DNA of 64,000 nucleotides from Aureispira anguillae (GCF_026000115.1 NZ_AP026867.1:2969716-3033715), one strand, 5' to 3'. Shown: positions 29,421 through 38,945, counted from the stretch's first letter. Numbers and translations: made by a program. Notes: generated from the letters alone by a model not told the origin.

Positions 29421-30590
29421 TTACGATTGTACCACACCACAATAAACGCTACCATAGGTGCCTACTCGATCTTGAAGGTGTTGTGCTTTTGTAACTTGAT
29501 CATCAAAATTGACCTTTCTTCTTACAAAATCAGGAAAGAAATCTATTTTTACTGCTCCTGATCGTAGTAGTATTTTAGTGCCAGGTCGGCTATTTTTGAG
29601 GATTAAATCCCACTCCTCTTCCAAGGCAGGGACATCGTTGGCAGCCAACCAGTCTTGATGATCCAACAAGACAAAATGACTGTATGAATTAGGATTGTCT
29701 TTGAGAAATTGTGAAATGGTGGTTGTATGGGTCTGTATTTTTTCCTGTTCTTTTTTTAGGGTATCAAAGTGTTCTTTTTTCAGATAATTAGGGCAGCATT
29801 CTGGAGTATATTTTCCATTGATATAAAGCTGCCAAAAATAATTATCACGAATTGGTAATTTGGTAAAAATATAGCGCAATGAATCTTGAATAAAACGAAT
29901 CACACCACCAATATATTCCTCCTCTACCAACTTAGATTGGGATCTTGGTATACCCAATAAACTTAGCGTAACAGGCTGTTTCATTGCCCATTGAATAAAA
30001 TTCCCAATGATCTTTTTTTCAATGATATTGTACCAATAAGTCTGAATTTCTAAGGTAGGAGCATTCAACAACTGTTGAACATTGGAGTACAAGGATTTTC
30101 GCAGGCGCATATAATAACCAAACAACCAAGCAAAAGTCCCCGCTGTACCATAAAAATAAAAACTGGGACGAAAACGATTAGCACCAAAGTAAGGTTCTAC
30201 TTTTTTGTCCCAAAATTTTTGAGCAAAATCAGGCAAATGCTCCCTTAGATAGCGCTCATAACAATAGATTGGCGTTTCGTGCTTCCCCTCTCCAAAAAAT
30301 TGAAACAACTGGCTGTGGGCATCTATCTTGTAAAAGGCTTTTTTTAGTTCTAACAACGAATTTTGGCGGTAATTGACATCTACACAGTGAATTGCAGCAG
30401 GTTTATCCAGCGCATAGTCCAAGGCATTGCAACCCGCACTTGTAATCATAACCAGTTCACTGGCTTCGTCAATTTCAAGTAATGCTCGATCACATTTGGG
30501 ATCTTCCCAACAAGTGTTGTAAATTAGATTATTACCATGGATTTTGCCAAACATCCAATCTTTTGCCTTATTTGTAGCAGCTTGAATCAT
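29421..30590 (-). CDS. DUF3419 / BtaA-like S-adenosylmethionine:diacylglycerol 3-amino-3-carboxypropyltransferase
   Basis: 389 aa. N-terminal pattern …NTCWEDP…DRALLEIDEASELVMITSAGCNALDY… is characteristic of the BtaA (DUF3419) family. Confidence 0.6.
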   Translation of the reverse strand: MIQAATNKAKDWMFGKIHGNNLIYNTCWEDPKCDRALLEIDEASELVMITSAGCNALDYALDKPAAIHCVDVNYRQNSLLELKKAFYKIDAHSQLFQFFGEGKHETPIYCYERYLREHLPDFAQKFWDKKVEPYFGANRFRPSFYFYGTAGTFAWLFGYYMRLRKSLYSNVQQLLNAPTLEIQTYWYNIIEKKIIGNFIQWAMKQPVTLSLLGIPRSQSKLVEEEYIGGVIRFIQDSLRYIFTKLPIRDNYFWQLYINGKYTPECCPNYLKKEHFDTLKKEQEKIQTHTTTISQFLKDNPNSYSHFVLLDHQDWLAANDVPALEEEWDLILKNSRPGTKILLRSGAVKIDFFPDFVRRKVNFDDQVTKAQHLQDRVGTYGSVYCGVVQS

Positions 30591-30752
30591 ACTTATTTTT
30601 GTTGTAATTAAATAAAGTATTTTACGTTGCTACAAATAAACAGCATTTGGCTCAAACCCTAACCAATATAAAGTTTAAGGATATAAAAAATCCTTTTAAT
30701 CATTTATTTACAAAGCCATCTAAAAATTAAGCTTTTGTAAAATCGCCTCTTT

Positions 30753-31802
30753 TTAATCTTTTAACTGCTGCATAATTTCTGTACAAGTTTTCTGTTTGTC
30801 CTTGGCATTTGTAATTAAACCAGAAGCTGCAATTCCCCAAACACCTGTGCTTAAAATTGCCTTAATATCAGATGGATTAATTCCTCCAATAGCCAATACA
30901 GGAATATCTATTTCTTGTGCTTTCATTTGGTCGATAATTCTAGTATAACCGTCTATTCCCAAAACAGGGCTTATTTTTTTCTTTGTTGTTGTATACCGAA
31001 AAGGCCCCAAGCCAATATAATCCACTTGCTCCTTAGACAGTCGTTGTACATCTTCCCAAGTATTGGCTGTTCCACCAATTATTATATCTCCTACTATTTT
31101 CCTAGCTTCTAACGGAGACATATCTTCCTTGCCTAGATGCAATCCATCTGCTTGGACAGCCTTGGCAACAGCTGCATTGTCATTGATGGTTAACTTAACC
31201 TGATAGTTTTGGCAAATTGTTTTGGCAGCCATAGCCGTATCCAAGTACTCTTGAAAGGTTACTTCCTTCATCCTTAACTGCACCCATTTACAACCTGCTT
31301 GGCAGGCTTCTTTAATCGCTTCTAAATGCGTTAATCCTACCTTAGATTGAGAAACATAATGCAATCGTGGAATCTCTTTTTTTATCATTGTCAATTCTTT
31401 TTTTAGGACTTGAACATAGTCCTCCATAAATCGGTATTCTTTGGTTTTTAATCGTTTTCTAATCGCAGAAATAGGAAAGCTAATAATGCCAGAAGCTTGA
31501 TGTTTTACGGCTATATCTTTCCCTTGATAATCCTTATAAGCAATCCATTCAAAGCCCAGTTGGTCTACTAAATATTGTCCCAAAGCATAGCCCAACCCTG
31601 TTGCTATCATAAATTTACGAGGACGTTTCCACCAAGTCGTTTGCATTGCATTTTCAAAGGCATCATCCAATAAGGAAATCGTCAAAGTAGCAATTTCCTT
31701 CCCACTGTATTTTTCAATTAGCCCCTCTCCCAATTCCAGCGCATCTTTTTTCCAAGCCAATTCCTTTTTGTTTAATGTTTTTTCTTCGTATTGCCCCATC
31801 AA
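30753..31802 (-). CDS. thiE: Thiamine-phosphate synthase (ThiE domain) with ~140-aa N-terminal extension
   Basis: The C-terminal ~200 aa carry ThiE motifs (…ADGLHLGKEDM…IIGGTANTWEDV…DYIGLGPFRYTTTKK…IPVLAIGGI). The N-terminal 140 aa are unassigned. Confidence 0.6.
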   Translation of the reverse strand: MMGQYEEKTLNKKELAWKKDALELGEGLIEKYSGKEIATLTISLLDDAFENAMQTTWWKRPRKFMIATGLGYALGQYLVDQLGFEWIAYKDYQGKDIAVKHQASGIISFPISAIRKRLKTKEYRFMEDYVQVLKKELTMIKKEIPRLHYVSQSKVGLTHLEAIKEACQAGCKWVQLRMKEVTFQEYLDTAMAAKTICQNYQVKLTINDNAAVAKAVQADGLHLGKEDMSPLEARKIVGDIIIGGTANTWEDVQRLSKEQVDYIGLGPFRYTTTKKKISPVLGIDGYTRIIDQMKAQEIDIPVLAIGGINPSDIKAILSTGVWGIAASGLITNAKDKQKTCTEIMQQLKD

Positions 31803-31808
31803 TTTATA

Positions 31809-32579
31809 CTACTTATGTTTATAATGATACCCCAATAAAGTGTTATTAGAATTTAAAAATGCCGTGATATAACTTTTGGCCTGTTGGCAAGCTTCTAATA
31901 AATCATAACCCAAGGCTAGGTTTGCTACAATTGCCGCAGAGAGCACACAACCAGAGCCATGTTTCTCATAATATACTTTTTGTTGAGGCGCTAAGGTATG
32001 TATTGTATTATCTTCTAATAAAAAATCCGTTCCTTTTTGCACCTCGTTATGCCCGCCTTTGTATAACACATTGCAGTAATCCGCTAAGGCTTTGGCAACA
32101 GCCATTAGAGCTTGTCCCTCTGTTCCTATCTTTTTCAATTCTTGTGCATTGGGAGTCAGTAAATAAACATTCGAAAGCCATTGTTTTAATGTTTCTAAGC
32201 TTACTTCTTCATGGAAATTAAATCCTGCGCTTGCTCTAAAAATCGGATCGACAACAATCTTTAAAGAAGGATTTAACCTTAGCAAATGTTTGGTGATAGC
32301 CGCTAAAACTTCCCAATTTTGAATCAAACCTATTTTACAAAAATGAATGGGGTATTCTTGAAACAATATGCTTATTTGTGCCTTTATCAAGTCTTGATCG
32401 ACCCAGTCTACCCGCCTAAAAACAGACTCATGCTGAACCGTTATGGCAGTAGCAACTGTCAGCCCATAAACCCCCTGCGCTTCCATTGTTTTGGCATCTG
32501 CAACCAAACCTGCACCACCACTAGGGTCAAAGCCTGCAATGCTCAACGCATAGGGTCTATTGCTTGTATTTTTTTGCAT
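31809..32579 (-). CDS. thiD: Hydroxymethylpyrimidine / phosphomethylpyrimidine kinase
   Basis: ThiD motifs: ALSIAGFDPSGGAGLVADAKT near the N-terminus and the C-terminal GSGC. Start taken at internal Met. Confidence 0.8.
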   Translation of the reverse strand: MQKNTSNRPYALSIAGFDPSGGAGLVADAKTMEAQGVYGLTVATAITVQHESVFRRVDWVDQDLIKAQISILFQEYPIHFCKIGLIQNWEVLAAITKHLLRLNPSLKIVVDPIFRASAGFNFHEEVSLETLKQWLSNVYLLTPNAQELKKIGTEGQALMAVAKALADYCNVLYKGGHNEVQKGTDFLLEDNTIHTLAPQQKVYYEKHGSGCVLSAAIVANLALGYDLLEACQQAKSYITAFLNSNNTLLGYHYKHK

Positions 32580-33166
32580 AATTTCTGGTAATTTTCTAGT
32601 GCTGAAGCCTTGCCATTCCACACTGCCCCCAAAAAAGCAACCGCTTTGAACCCACGCTCATAAGCAGCTGCTAAAGTTCTCGCATTAACTCCTCCCAAAG
32701 CGATCAATTGGAACGGGAAAGACAAATCATGTATGCTCCAATTTTCTGTTGGTTGATAATTGGGTTTAGAAATACTTGGAAAAACAGGGCTCAACGTCAC
32801 ATAATCCAATTGCTTTGGTAAGGTTAAAAGATCTATTCTTTGGTGAATTGCTGTGCCTATTATTCGGTCTTTAGCATGACACGTTTCTATTAGTTGTTTT
32901 AATGCCTCAGAAGATAGCGCTCTACGAGCAGACTCTGTTAAGTGTACCCCCAATAAATTAAATTCTTCGACCAGTTCTAAATGCTGATGAAGGATAATTC
33001 TAGCATAAAATTTAGCATTAATTTTTTTTAGTAAGTCAACACAATCTGCCTTAGTTGCCATTGGTTTTCTAAGATGCAAGCAAGGTAAACCATTTTCAAA
33101 TAAATGATTCAGGATAAGTGCTTCTTCTTGAAAAAAAATAGGCGTTGAGTACAATCTATGCTCCAT
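32543..33166 (-). CDS. ThiE/TenI-family protein (second thiamine-phosphate synthase or thiazole tautomerase)
   Basis: 207-aa TIM-barrel ThiE/TenI-like pattern (…LHLRKP…HLELVEEFNLLGVHLTE…IALGGV…). It is clearly distinct from the ThiE domain at 30753-31802. Confidence 0.5.
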   Translation of the reverse strand: MEHRLYSTPIFFQEEALILNHLFENGLPCLHLRKPMATKADCVDLLKKINAKFYARIILHQHLELVEEFNLLGVHLTESARRALSSEALKQLIETCHAKDRIIGTAIHQRIDLLTLPKQLDYVTLSPVFPSISKPNYQPTENWSIHDLSFPFQLIALGGVNARTLAAAYERGFKAVAFLGAVWNGKASALENYQKLCKKIQAIDPMR

Positions 33167-33180
33167 ATTTTAGCGTAAAT

Positions 33181-33993
33181 TTAAATGACACCTAAGTCGC
33201 CCAAAACTTTACCAACAATGGTCTTTCTACACATCATAAAATCATTGTCTTTGATAGCTCCCACTGCCGCTTCTATATTATTAACAAAAACAAAACGCTC
33301 TCCATCAGGACGTTCTATATACCCCACAAACCAGCCAATATTTCTATTGCCATCAATCGCCCAACCCGTCTTGCCTCTCATAACCATTCCAGAAGAATCA
33401 GAAGCAATCACCATAATGTCCCTCATTTTTTGCTGAGTAGAGGGCTTGATCGGTAACTCATTATTTGCCAACCGCTCTATAAAATCAAGCTGTTGATAGG
33501 GCGTTACCGTAGATTTCCCTTTCAACCAAAAATCAGAAATGGTTTCTTTTCTAATGTCCATTTTGCCAAACTGCAATTTATTAACCCATTCTTGCATCCG
33601 TAAAGGTCCTATACGCCTAGCAATCTCTTGATAATAAGGTACACAAGAAACCTTAAAAGCCGTTTTCATAGTATGATCCTGATTCCAAACTGCAATTTGA
33701 CGAACAACAGAGTCCCATTTAATTAACATATTTTCGTCTGTTGCAACCCCTGTCTCTAAAGCAGTTATAGAATTGACAATTTTAAAAGTAGATGCAGGCA
33801 AGAAGCCCTGTAAACAACGGTTCGAATTGTAAACATACAGCTGTTTACTATTTAATGATTTTAACAAAAAACAACCTTCCACAGCATATTCTTTGTACAA
33901 AGCATCCAAGTCTAACTTGGCAGATTCATTCGTTTCGGTACAACTAACACAGATACAAATGAACGGAATTAATAACAATAAAAATGGTTTCAT
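33181..33993 (-). CDS. Class D (OXA-type) beta-lactamase
   Basis: Lipoprotein-type signal (MKPFLLLLIPFICICVSC). Active-site S-T-F-K tetrad (PASTFKIVNSI), KTG (GKTGWA) and W-x-x-G (GWFVGY) motifs. Length ~270 aa. No TM or metalloprotease region, so it is not BlaR1. Confidence 0.7.
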   Translation of the reverse strand: MKPFLLLLIPFICICVSCTETNESAKLDLDALYKEYAVEGCFLLKSLNSKQLYVYNSNRCLQGFLPASTFKIVNSITALETGVATDENMLIKWDSVVRQIAVWNQDHTMKTAFKVSCVPYYQEIARRIGPLRMQEWVNKLQFGKMDIRKETISDFWLKGKSTVTPYQQLDFIERLANNELPIKPSTQQKMRDIMVIASDSSGMVMRGKTGWAIDGNRNIGWFVGYIERPDGERFVFVNNIEAAVGAIKDNDFMMCRKTIVGKVLGDLGVI

Positions 33994-34241
33994 AATTTGA
34001 ATTTTAAATAACTCTAGCAATAAAAATTACACCTTTGTTAGGTTAGACTTCTCCTTCAATTAATTCCCTCTCCTTTGCCACCAAAATAAACAATTGCTCA
34101 ATTAATTTATATCATTCTACCCAATAGTTCATTGATTTTTTGTTTTTTTGCTGACCAAATACAAAGTAAACGAACAATAAGACCATGAAATAAAAATATT
34201 AAAATCGTTTCTCCCAATCGTCCCAATATCAACCAAGTAAT

Positions 34242-35213
34242 ATGATGCAGCACAAAAAGAAGTTTTTATTTATTCTAGCGGTCGCTCTTTTTTTCTTTTT
34301 GGAAGCTTGCCAGAAAGAATATTCCTTTGACCCGAAGTACTTTCCTGAACAACTTTCTGATACAGATATTTTCAGTGGAAATATCGCTAATTTAACCCCT
34401 TCCCCCAACTATCATTTGTATGAATTATCTTCTGGGCTTTTTTCTGATTATTCGGAAAAACAACGATTAATTAAACTGCCTACAGGCACTCAATTGACCC
34501 AAACAGGTTATGCCCTGCCTGATTTCCCCGATGGCACTACTCTTGTCAAGACGTTTTATTATTGGAATGACGAAAGAGACACTACTCAAGGAAAAAAGAT
34601 TGTTGAAACAAGGCTTTTAGTCCTAAATGAAGGAGAATGGCAAACGGCCGTCTATCAATGGAATACGGCTCAAACCGAAGCCTATTTATTAAGTAGTGGC
34701 GCTAATTTACCTATCCATTGGATCAATAAAAAAGGAGAGCCACAAATAACAACCTACCATATTCCCAATTTACAGGAGTGCCTTACTTGCCATCAAGTAG
34801 ATGAACAAATGGAACCCACTGGTTTTAAACTGCACAATTTAAATAGACTGGTCAAAAAAGGAGGACAAAACGTTAACCAATTGGCTTATTTCCAAACAAT
34901 TAATTTAATCAACCAGTTTGATTGGAATAATTTAGAAAAATTACCCAGTTACAAGGATCATAGCCTGCCTGATGCCGAAAGAAGTCGGGCTTATATGGAT
35001 ATTAATTGCGCTCATTGTCATTCTCCTGCGGGTATGATGGGGGACATGGATTTAGACTTAAGATACTATACTCCTATTGAACATACAGGAATTCTTAGCC
35101 GCAAGGACAAAATGCTCGACCAAATGGCATCGGGGTATATGCCACTGATAGGAACAAGCCTAGTAGACCAAGAATACATCGATCAAACCATTCAATATTT
35201 AAATAGTTTATAA
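34242..35213 (+). CDS. Putative di-haem c-type cytochrome lipoprotein
   Basis: Lipoprotein signal (…FFFLEACQ). Two CxxCH motifs: CLTCHQ and CAHCHSP. Confidence 0.45.
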   Translation: MMQHKKKFLFILAVALFFFLEACQKEYSFDPKYFPEQLSDTDIFSGNIANLTPSPNYHLYELSSGLFSDYSEKQRLIKLPTGTQLTQTGYALPDFPDGTTLVKTFYYWNDERDTTQGKKIVETRLLVLNEGEWQTAVYQWNTAQTEAYLLSSGANLPIHWINKKGEPQITTYHIPNLQECLTCHQVDEQMEPTGFKLHNLNRLVKKGGQNVNQLAYFQTINLINQFDWNNLEKLPSYKDHSLPDAERSRAYMDINCAHCHSPAGMMGDMDLDLRYYTPIEHTGILSRKDKMLDQMASGYMPLIGTSLVDQEYIDQTIQYLNSL

Positions 35214-35214
35214 C

Positions 35215-35943
35215 ATGAGATATTTAGTTTTAATCGTTATCCTCTTGTACACTGTTTATCAAGGGCAAGCACAAGAAACAGCTACCTTAAATAGCAAATG
35301 GTCTTTGGAAGCGCTATTTTCTCCTAATTTTTCTTATCGGATATTGACCAATTCGGGCAGCGAGAAATGGCTAAAAGAAGAACGAGAACGCACAGAAATT
35401 GGTCGTTTAGGTTATAGTGCCAGATTTATGATCAACTATCATTTGCACGAGCGCTGGCACCTTGGATTTGGCGCAGCTTATTCTAGTATTGGTTACAATA
35501 CTCGCCCAACCTCCATTGCGTGGAACGCTTCTATTAATAATGCTCCCACAACGCTACGAATGTCAAACCGTTATTCTTATGTAGGGATTTATCTCTTAGG
35601 GAATTACCAACTGATTCAACACAAAAGATGGGGTGGTTATCTAACTTTTGGTGCGATTATGAATACTTATTTAGATAAAAATTTATTGACCGAAATCCAA
35701 ACCAATGGTCAATGGACCAGTAGCGATAACTGGGGATTTGAATACGATCGACACAGTCTATTTGTCCTTGCAGGTATTGGTGGAAGCTATCGGTTGATTC
35801 AAGGCTTGCACTTAGTGGTTAATCTTAATTTTTCTCAGGCGCTAATGCCCAACAGCAGTAGTTCGAGAACTCAGGAGTTTTTGAATTCCTTGAATTTGGA
35901 CTTGGGGCTTAATTATCGATTTCAAGGTAAAAAAAAGGAATAA
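35215..35943 (+). CDS. Outer-membrane beta-barrel protein (OmpW/porin-like small barrel)
   Basis: Signal peptide and alternating beta-strand pattern. Immediately follows the cytochrome-like gene with a 1-nt gap. Confidence 0.45.
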   Translation: MRYLVLIVILLYTVYQGQAQETATLNSKWSLEALFSPNFSYRILTNSGSEKWLKEERERTEIGRLGYSARFMINYHLHERWHLGFGAAYSSIGYNTRPTSIAWNASINNAPTTLRMSNRYSYVGIYLLGNYQLIQHKRWGGYLTFGAIMNTYLDKNLLTEIQTNGQWTSSDNWGFEYDRHSLFVLAGIGGSYRLIQGLHLVVNLNFSQALMPNSSSSRTQEFLNSLNLDLGLNYRFQGKKKE

Positions 35944-36172
35944 AACATCCCCTTTCCCTAGCTTTTTGAAAAATCGTGTGGGGTATTAAACAATCCTGCT
36001 CTCTTATTACTACTTTGGTTATAGGTCGTAAATCGTATGTTCTGTATTTACAGAAACTAAGCATACGACTTACGATCTATATTTTTTAAAAGTAGTAAAA
36101 GCCTTACCCGCAAAACTTATTAATTAAGCCTTTTTTTGCAGAACATTTTATAACACGACTCCGTGAAGAATT

Positions 36173-37519
36173 CTAAGATAAAACAAGCTGCCCTTGATTA
36201 GGATTGATTAATTTACCTGCTGACCAAACCCTTACTCCATTTACAAAAGTATGTTTAACAAGCCCCTGTAATTGTCTACCTTCATAAGGCGAAACTTTGT
36301 GTTTTGCTTCAATTTTTTGCCGAGTAATGGTGTCCCATTCTTCAGGATTCCAAACGACTAAATCAGCATCATAACCCAGCTTAATTTTTCCTTTTTGCTG
36401 CTCCAAACCAATAAATTGGGCAGGTGCTTCGCAAAGAATTGTACGAATCCGCTCCAACGTCAGACCATGCGCTTGTCCCTTGGTCCACAAAGCAGGCAAA
36501 GTAAACTGAATACCAGAGATTCCCCCCCATGCTTTTTGGTAATTTCCAGTATCTAATTCTTTGATACGTGGCGGTGCTGGAGAGTGATCTGAACCTATAA
36601 AATCAAGCGTTCCATCCATCAAAGCTTCCCATAACAAAACATTGTTTGCTTGTTCTCGAATGGGTGGTGCACATTTATAACGAGTATCTCCATTGGGAAT
36701 GGTTTCTGCATCAAAGAAAATATAATGGGGACAAGTTTCTACGGTTACAGGCACCCCCCGTTTTTTTGCTGCTCGGATGGCTGGCAAACTATCGGAAGAA
36801 GACAAATGGACAATATGAGTAGAATGTTGGTATTCTTCAGCCAATTGCAACATCAATGCAACCGCATCATTTTCCCATTTTCGAGGTCTTGATGCCAAAT
36901 AGGCTAGATAATTTGTTGGGTTTTGGGTCAATTGGGCATCAAAAGCCCCTGAAGCCAATTCACAATGCACCAAAATTGGTAAATTAGTTCCTTTTAAGGC
37001 CTCATAAGCCGCTCGCAAAGTGGCTTCATCAGCATTGGGGAATTCGTCAATGCCACTATGGGTCAAAAATGCCTTAAAGCCCAATACACCTCGTTTTGCT
37101 AAAGGGGCTAAACTGGTCGTATTTCCAGGAATAATTCCTCCCCAAAAGCCACTATTTACGTGTAATTTACCTTTTGTAGCAGCCAATTTATGATCTAATT
37201 CTTTTACATTAACCGTAACAGGAGAAGAATTTAGTGGCATATCAACCAAAGTAGTTACTCCCCCAGCAGCAGCAGCAGTTGTCCCTGTGTAAAAGCCCTC
37301 CCATTCTGTCCGCCCAGGCTCATTGATGTGTACATGAGGGTCTATAATTCCAGGCATCAACACCTCATTTTCAAAATTATAAAAAGGAATAGATGCCGTA
37401 GTCTTGATACAACCTTTCTGAATTTTTTCAATCTTACCTTGATTGATCCAGATGGTGTATTCTCCAATGGTATCGGGCAACATGACCCGCTTACTATAAA
37501 TGATTAGTTGCTCGTTCAT
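36173..37519 (-). CDS. allB: Allantoinase (cyclic amidohydrolase)
   Basis: Metal-dependent amidohydrolase motifs (PGIIDPHVHINEPG, carbamylated-Lys region, HxH). 448 aa. Allantoinase is favoured over dihydroorotase or dihydropyrimidinase because it is adjacent to xdh and puuD. Confidence 0.65.
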   Translation of the reverse strand: MNEQLIIYSKRVMLPDTIGEYTIWINQGKIEKIQKGCIKTTASIPFYNFENEVLMPGIIDPHVHINEPGRTEWEGFYTGTTAAAAGGVTTLVDMPLNSSPVTVNVKELDHKLAATKGKLHVNSGFWGGIIPGNTTSLAPLAKRGVLGFKAFLTHSGIDEFPNADEATLRAAYEALKGTNLPILVHCELASGAFDAQLTQNPTNYLAYLASRPRKWENDAVALMLQLAEEYQHSTHIVHLSSSDSLPAIRAAKKRGVPVTVETCPHYIFFDAETIPNGDTRYKCAPPIREQANNVLLWEALMDGTLDFIGSDHSPAPPRIKELDTGNYQKAWGGISGIQFTLPALWTKGQAHGLTLERIRTILCEAPAQFIGLEQQKGKIKLGYDADLVVWNPEEWDTITRQKIEAKHKVSPYEGRQLQGLVKHTFVNGVRVWSAGKLINPNQGQLVLS

Positions 37520-37523
37520 TTGC

Positions 37524-38945
37524 TTAATCTTCTAATTTAGCCCCTTGCATAATCCAAGTCTCAATTTTGGTTCGTTCCTCCATGGTCATTTTTGTTTTAT
37601 TTCCCTGAGGCATTGTTTTCGTGATCACAGCACGATTCATTATTTTATCTTTACTGGCAACAATTTGTTCGGGGGTATCAAACATCATCCCACCTTGCGC
37701 CACAATAAAGACATCATCTGTTGGTGTTTTGGAATGGCAGGGTCTACAACGCTGCCCAATTATTGCCTCCACTTCTGTAAAAGGAACTTTGTCGGCATTT
37801 GCCAATTCTTCTCTAGATTTGGGAGCCGTTAAATAAATGGTGAGCACGAGTAGCACAAGGCTAATGGGCACAATCCACCGATTGAGTTCTCCCCTTTCCC
37901 ATTGATTATGAAAATGCTTGATGCCTGCTCCTGCCAAAGAAATTAGTAACAAAATTAAGACACTGTGCTCGTTCCCAAACGTGCTTGGGAAATGATTGCT
38001 AATCATAATAAAAAGCACTGGTAAGGTAAAATAATTGTTGTGATAAGAACGCCATCCTGCTCGTTTACCCAACTCCCCATTAGGCGCTCTCCCTTCCTTA
38101 GCGGCAAATACCATTTCTTTTTGAGCAGGTATAATTACAAAAAATACATTTCCTGCCATCATGGTTCCCATAATAGCTCCCATGTGAATATAAGCTGCCC
38201 TAGGATTAAATACAATGGACAAACAATAGGCTACCGCTAATAAATAAAGCACCATGATCAAAAAGAAAATAGGGCGTTTTTCTGGTGCCAATAAAGAGGT
38301 TTGAGACAACAGTTCATAAAAAACCCACGAAAATACAATCGATGATACGCCTATCATTACCCCCAAAACGGGAGAAAGCTGTGTTATTTCAGGGTTTAAC
38401 AGAAATGATTCTGCATTAAAATAATAAACGATTGTCAGCAGACAAGTCCCTGTTAACCAAGTAAAATAAGCTTCATATTTGAACCAATGTAAGTGTTTAG
38501 GAATTTGTTTGGGGGCGATTTTATATTTTTCCAAAAAATAAAATCCTCCACCATGAATTGCCCAAAGATTCCCAGCCAATTCATCTCGAATTTCTTCTGT
38601 TCGATTTAAGGAATTTTCTAAAAAGACAAAATAGAAAGAAGCTCCCACCCAAGAAATACCAAAAATAATATGCAACCAACGGAAAATTAGATCCAACCAC
38701 TCTTGCAAATGCGCCTGCCAAGGGGTTCCTGCTACTTGGTTATAAATAATATAGGCTCCTGAAAAAAAGGCGGCAATAAAAAACAACCATTTCCTAAAGA
38801 AGCGCATATTGGCGGCAAAATCTTTATCTTTTTCATTCTGACGGTTAGGGTCTTCTGCATATTGTTGTACCAATTTCTGGATCACTACGGTTCCCGAAAG
38901 GCAAATACAAACAACAATCCCTATCATCGTTTCCACTACTCCCAT
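37524..38945 (-). CDS. puuD: Membrane-bound urate hydroxylase PuuD-like (multi-TM domain plus C-terminal cytochrome c)
   Basis: About 9 TM helices followed by a soluble C-terminal domain with CRPCHS (CxxCH). This architecture and the gene neighbourhood match the PuuD urate oxidase family. Confidence 0.65.
   Translation of the reverse strand: MGVVETMIGIVVCICLSGTVVIQKLVQQYAEDPNRQNEKDKDFAANMRFFRKWLFFIAAFFSGAYIIYNQVAGTPWQAHLQEWLDLIFRWLHIIFGISWVGASFYFVFLENSLNRTEEIRDELAGNLWAIHGGGFYFLEKYKIAPKQIPKHLHWFKYEAYFTWLTGTCLLTIVYYFNAESFLLNPEITQLSPVLGVMIGVSSIVFSWVFYELLSQTSLLAPEKRPIFFLIMVLYLLAVAYCLSIVFNPRAAYIHMGAIMGTMMAGNVFFVIIPAQKEMVFAAKEGRAPNGELGKRAGWRSYHNNYFTLPVLFIMISNHFPSTFGNEHSVLILLLISLAGAGIKHFHNQWERGELNRWIVPISLVLLVLTIYLTAPKSREELANADKVPFTEVEAIIGQRCRPCHSKTPTDDVFIVAQGGMMFDTPEQIVASKDKIMNRAVITKTMPQGNKTKMTMEERTKIETWIMQGAKLED

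Noticed and set aside
33181-34020. BlaR1/MecR1 sensor or PBP transpeptidase instead of beta-lactamase
   Set aside because: The protein is only ~270 aa with a secretory signal and no N-terminal multi-TM zinc-protease domain. That makes it a stand-alone class D enzyme rather than a sensor.
33994-34241. TPP riboswitch upstream of the bla-thi gene string
   Set aside because: The conserved CUGAGA and GGGA-containing core elements were not found on the minus strand in this interval. Noted as absence, pending a covariance-model search.
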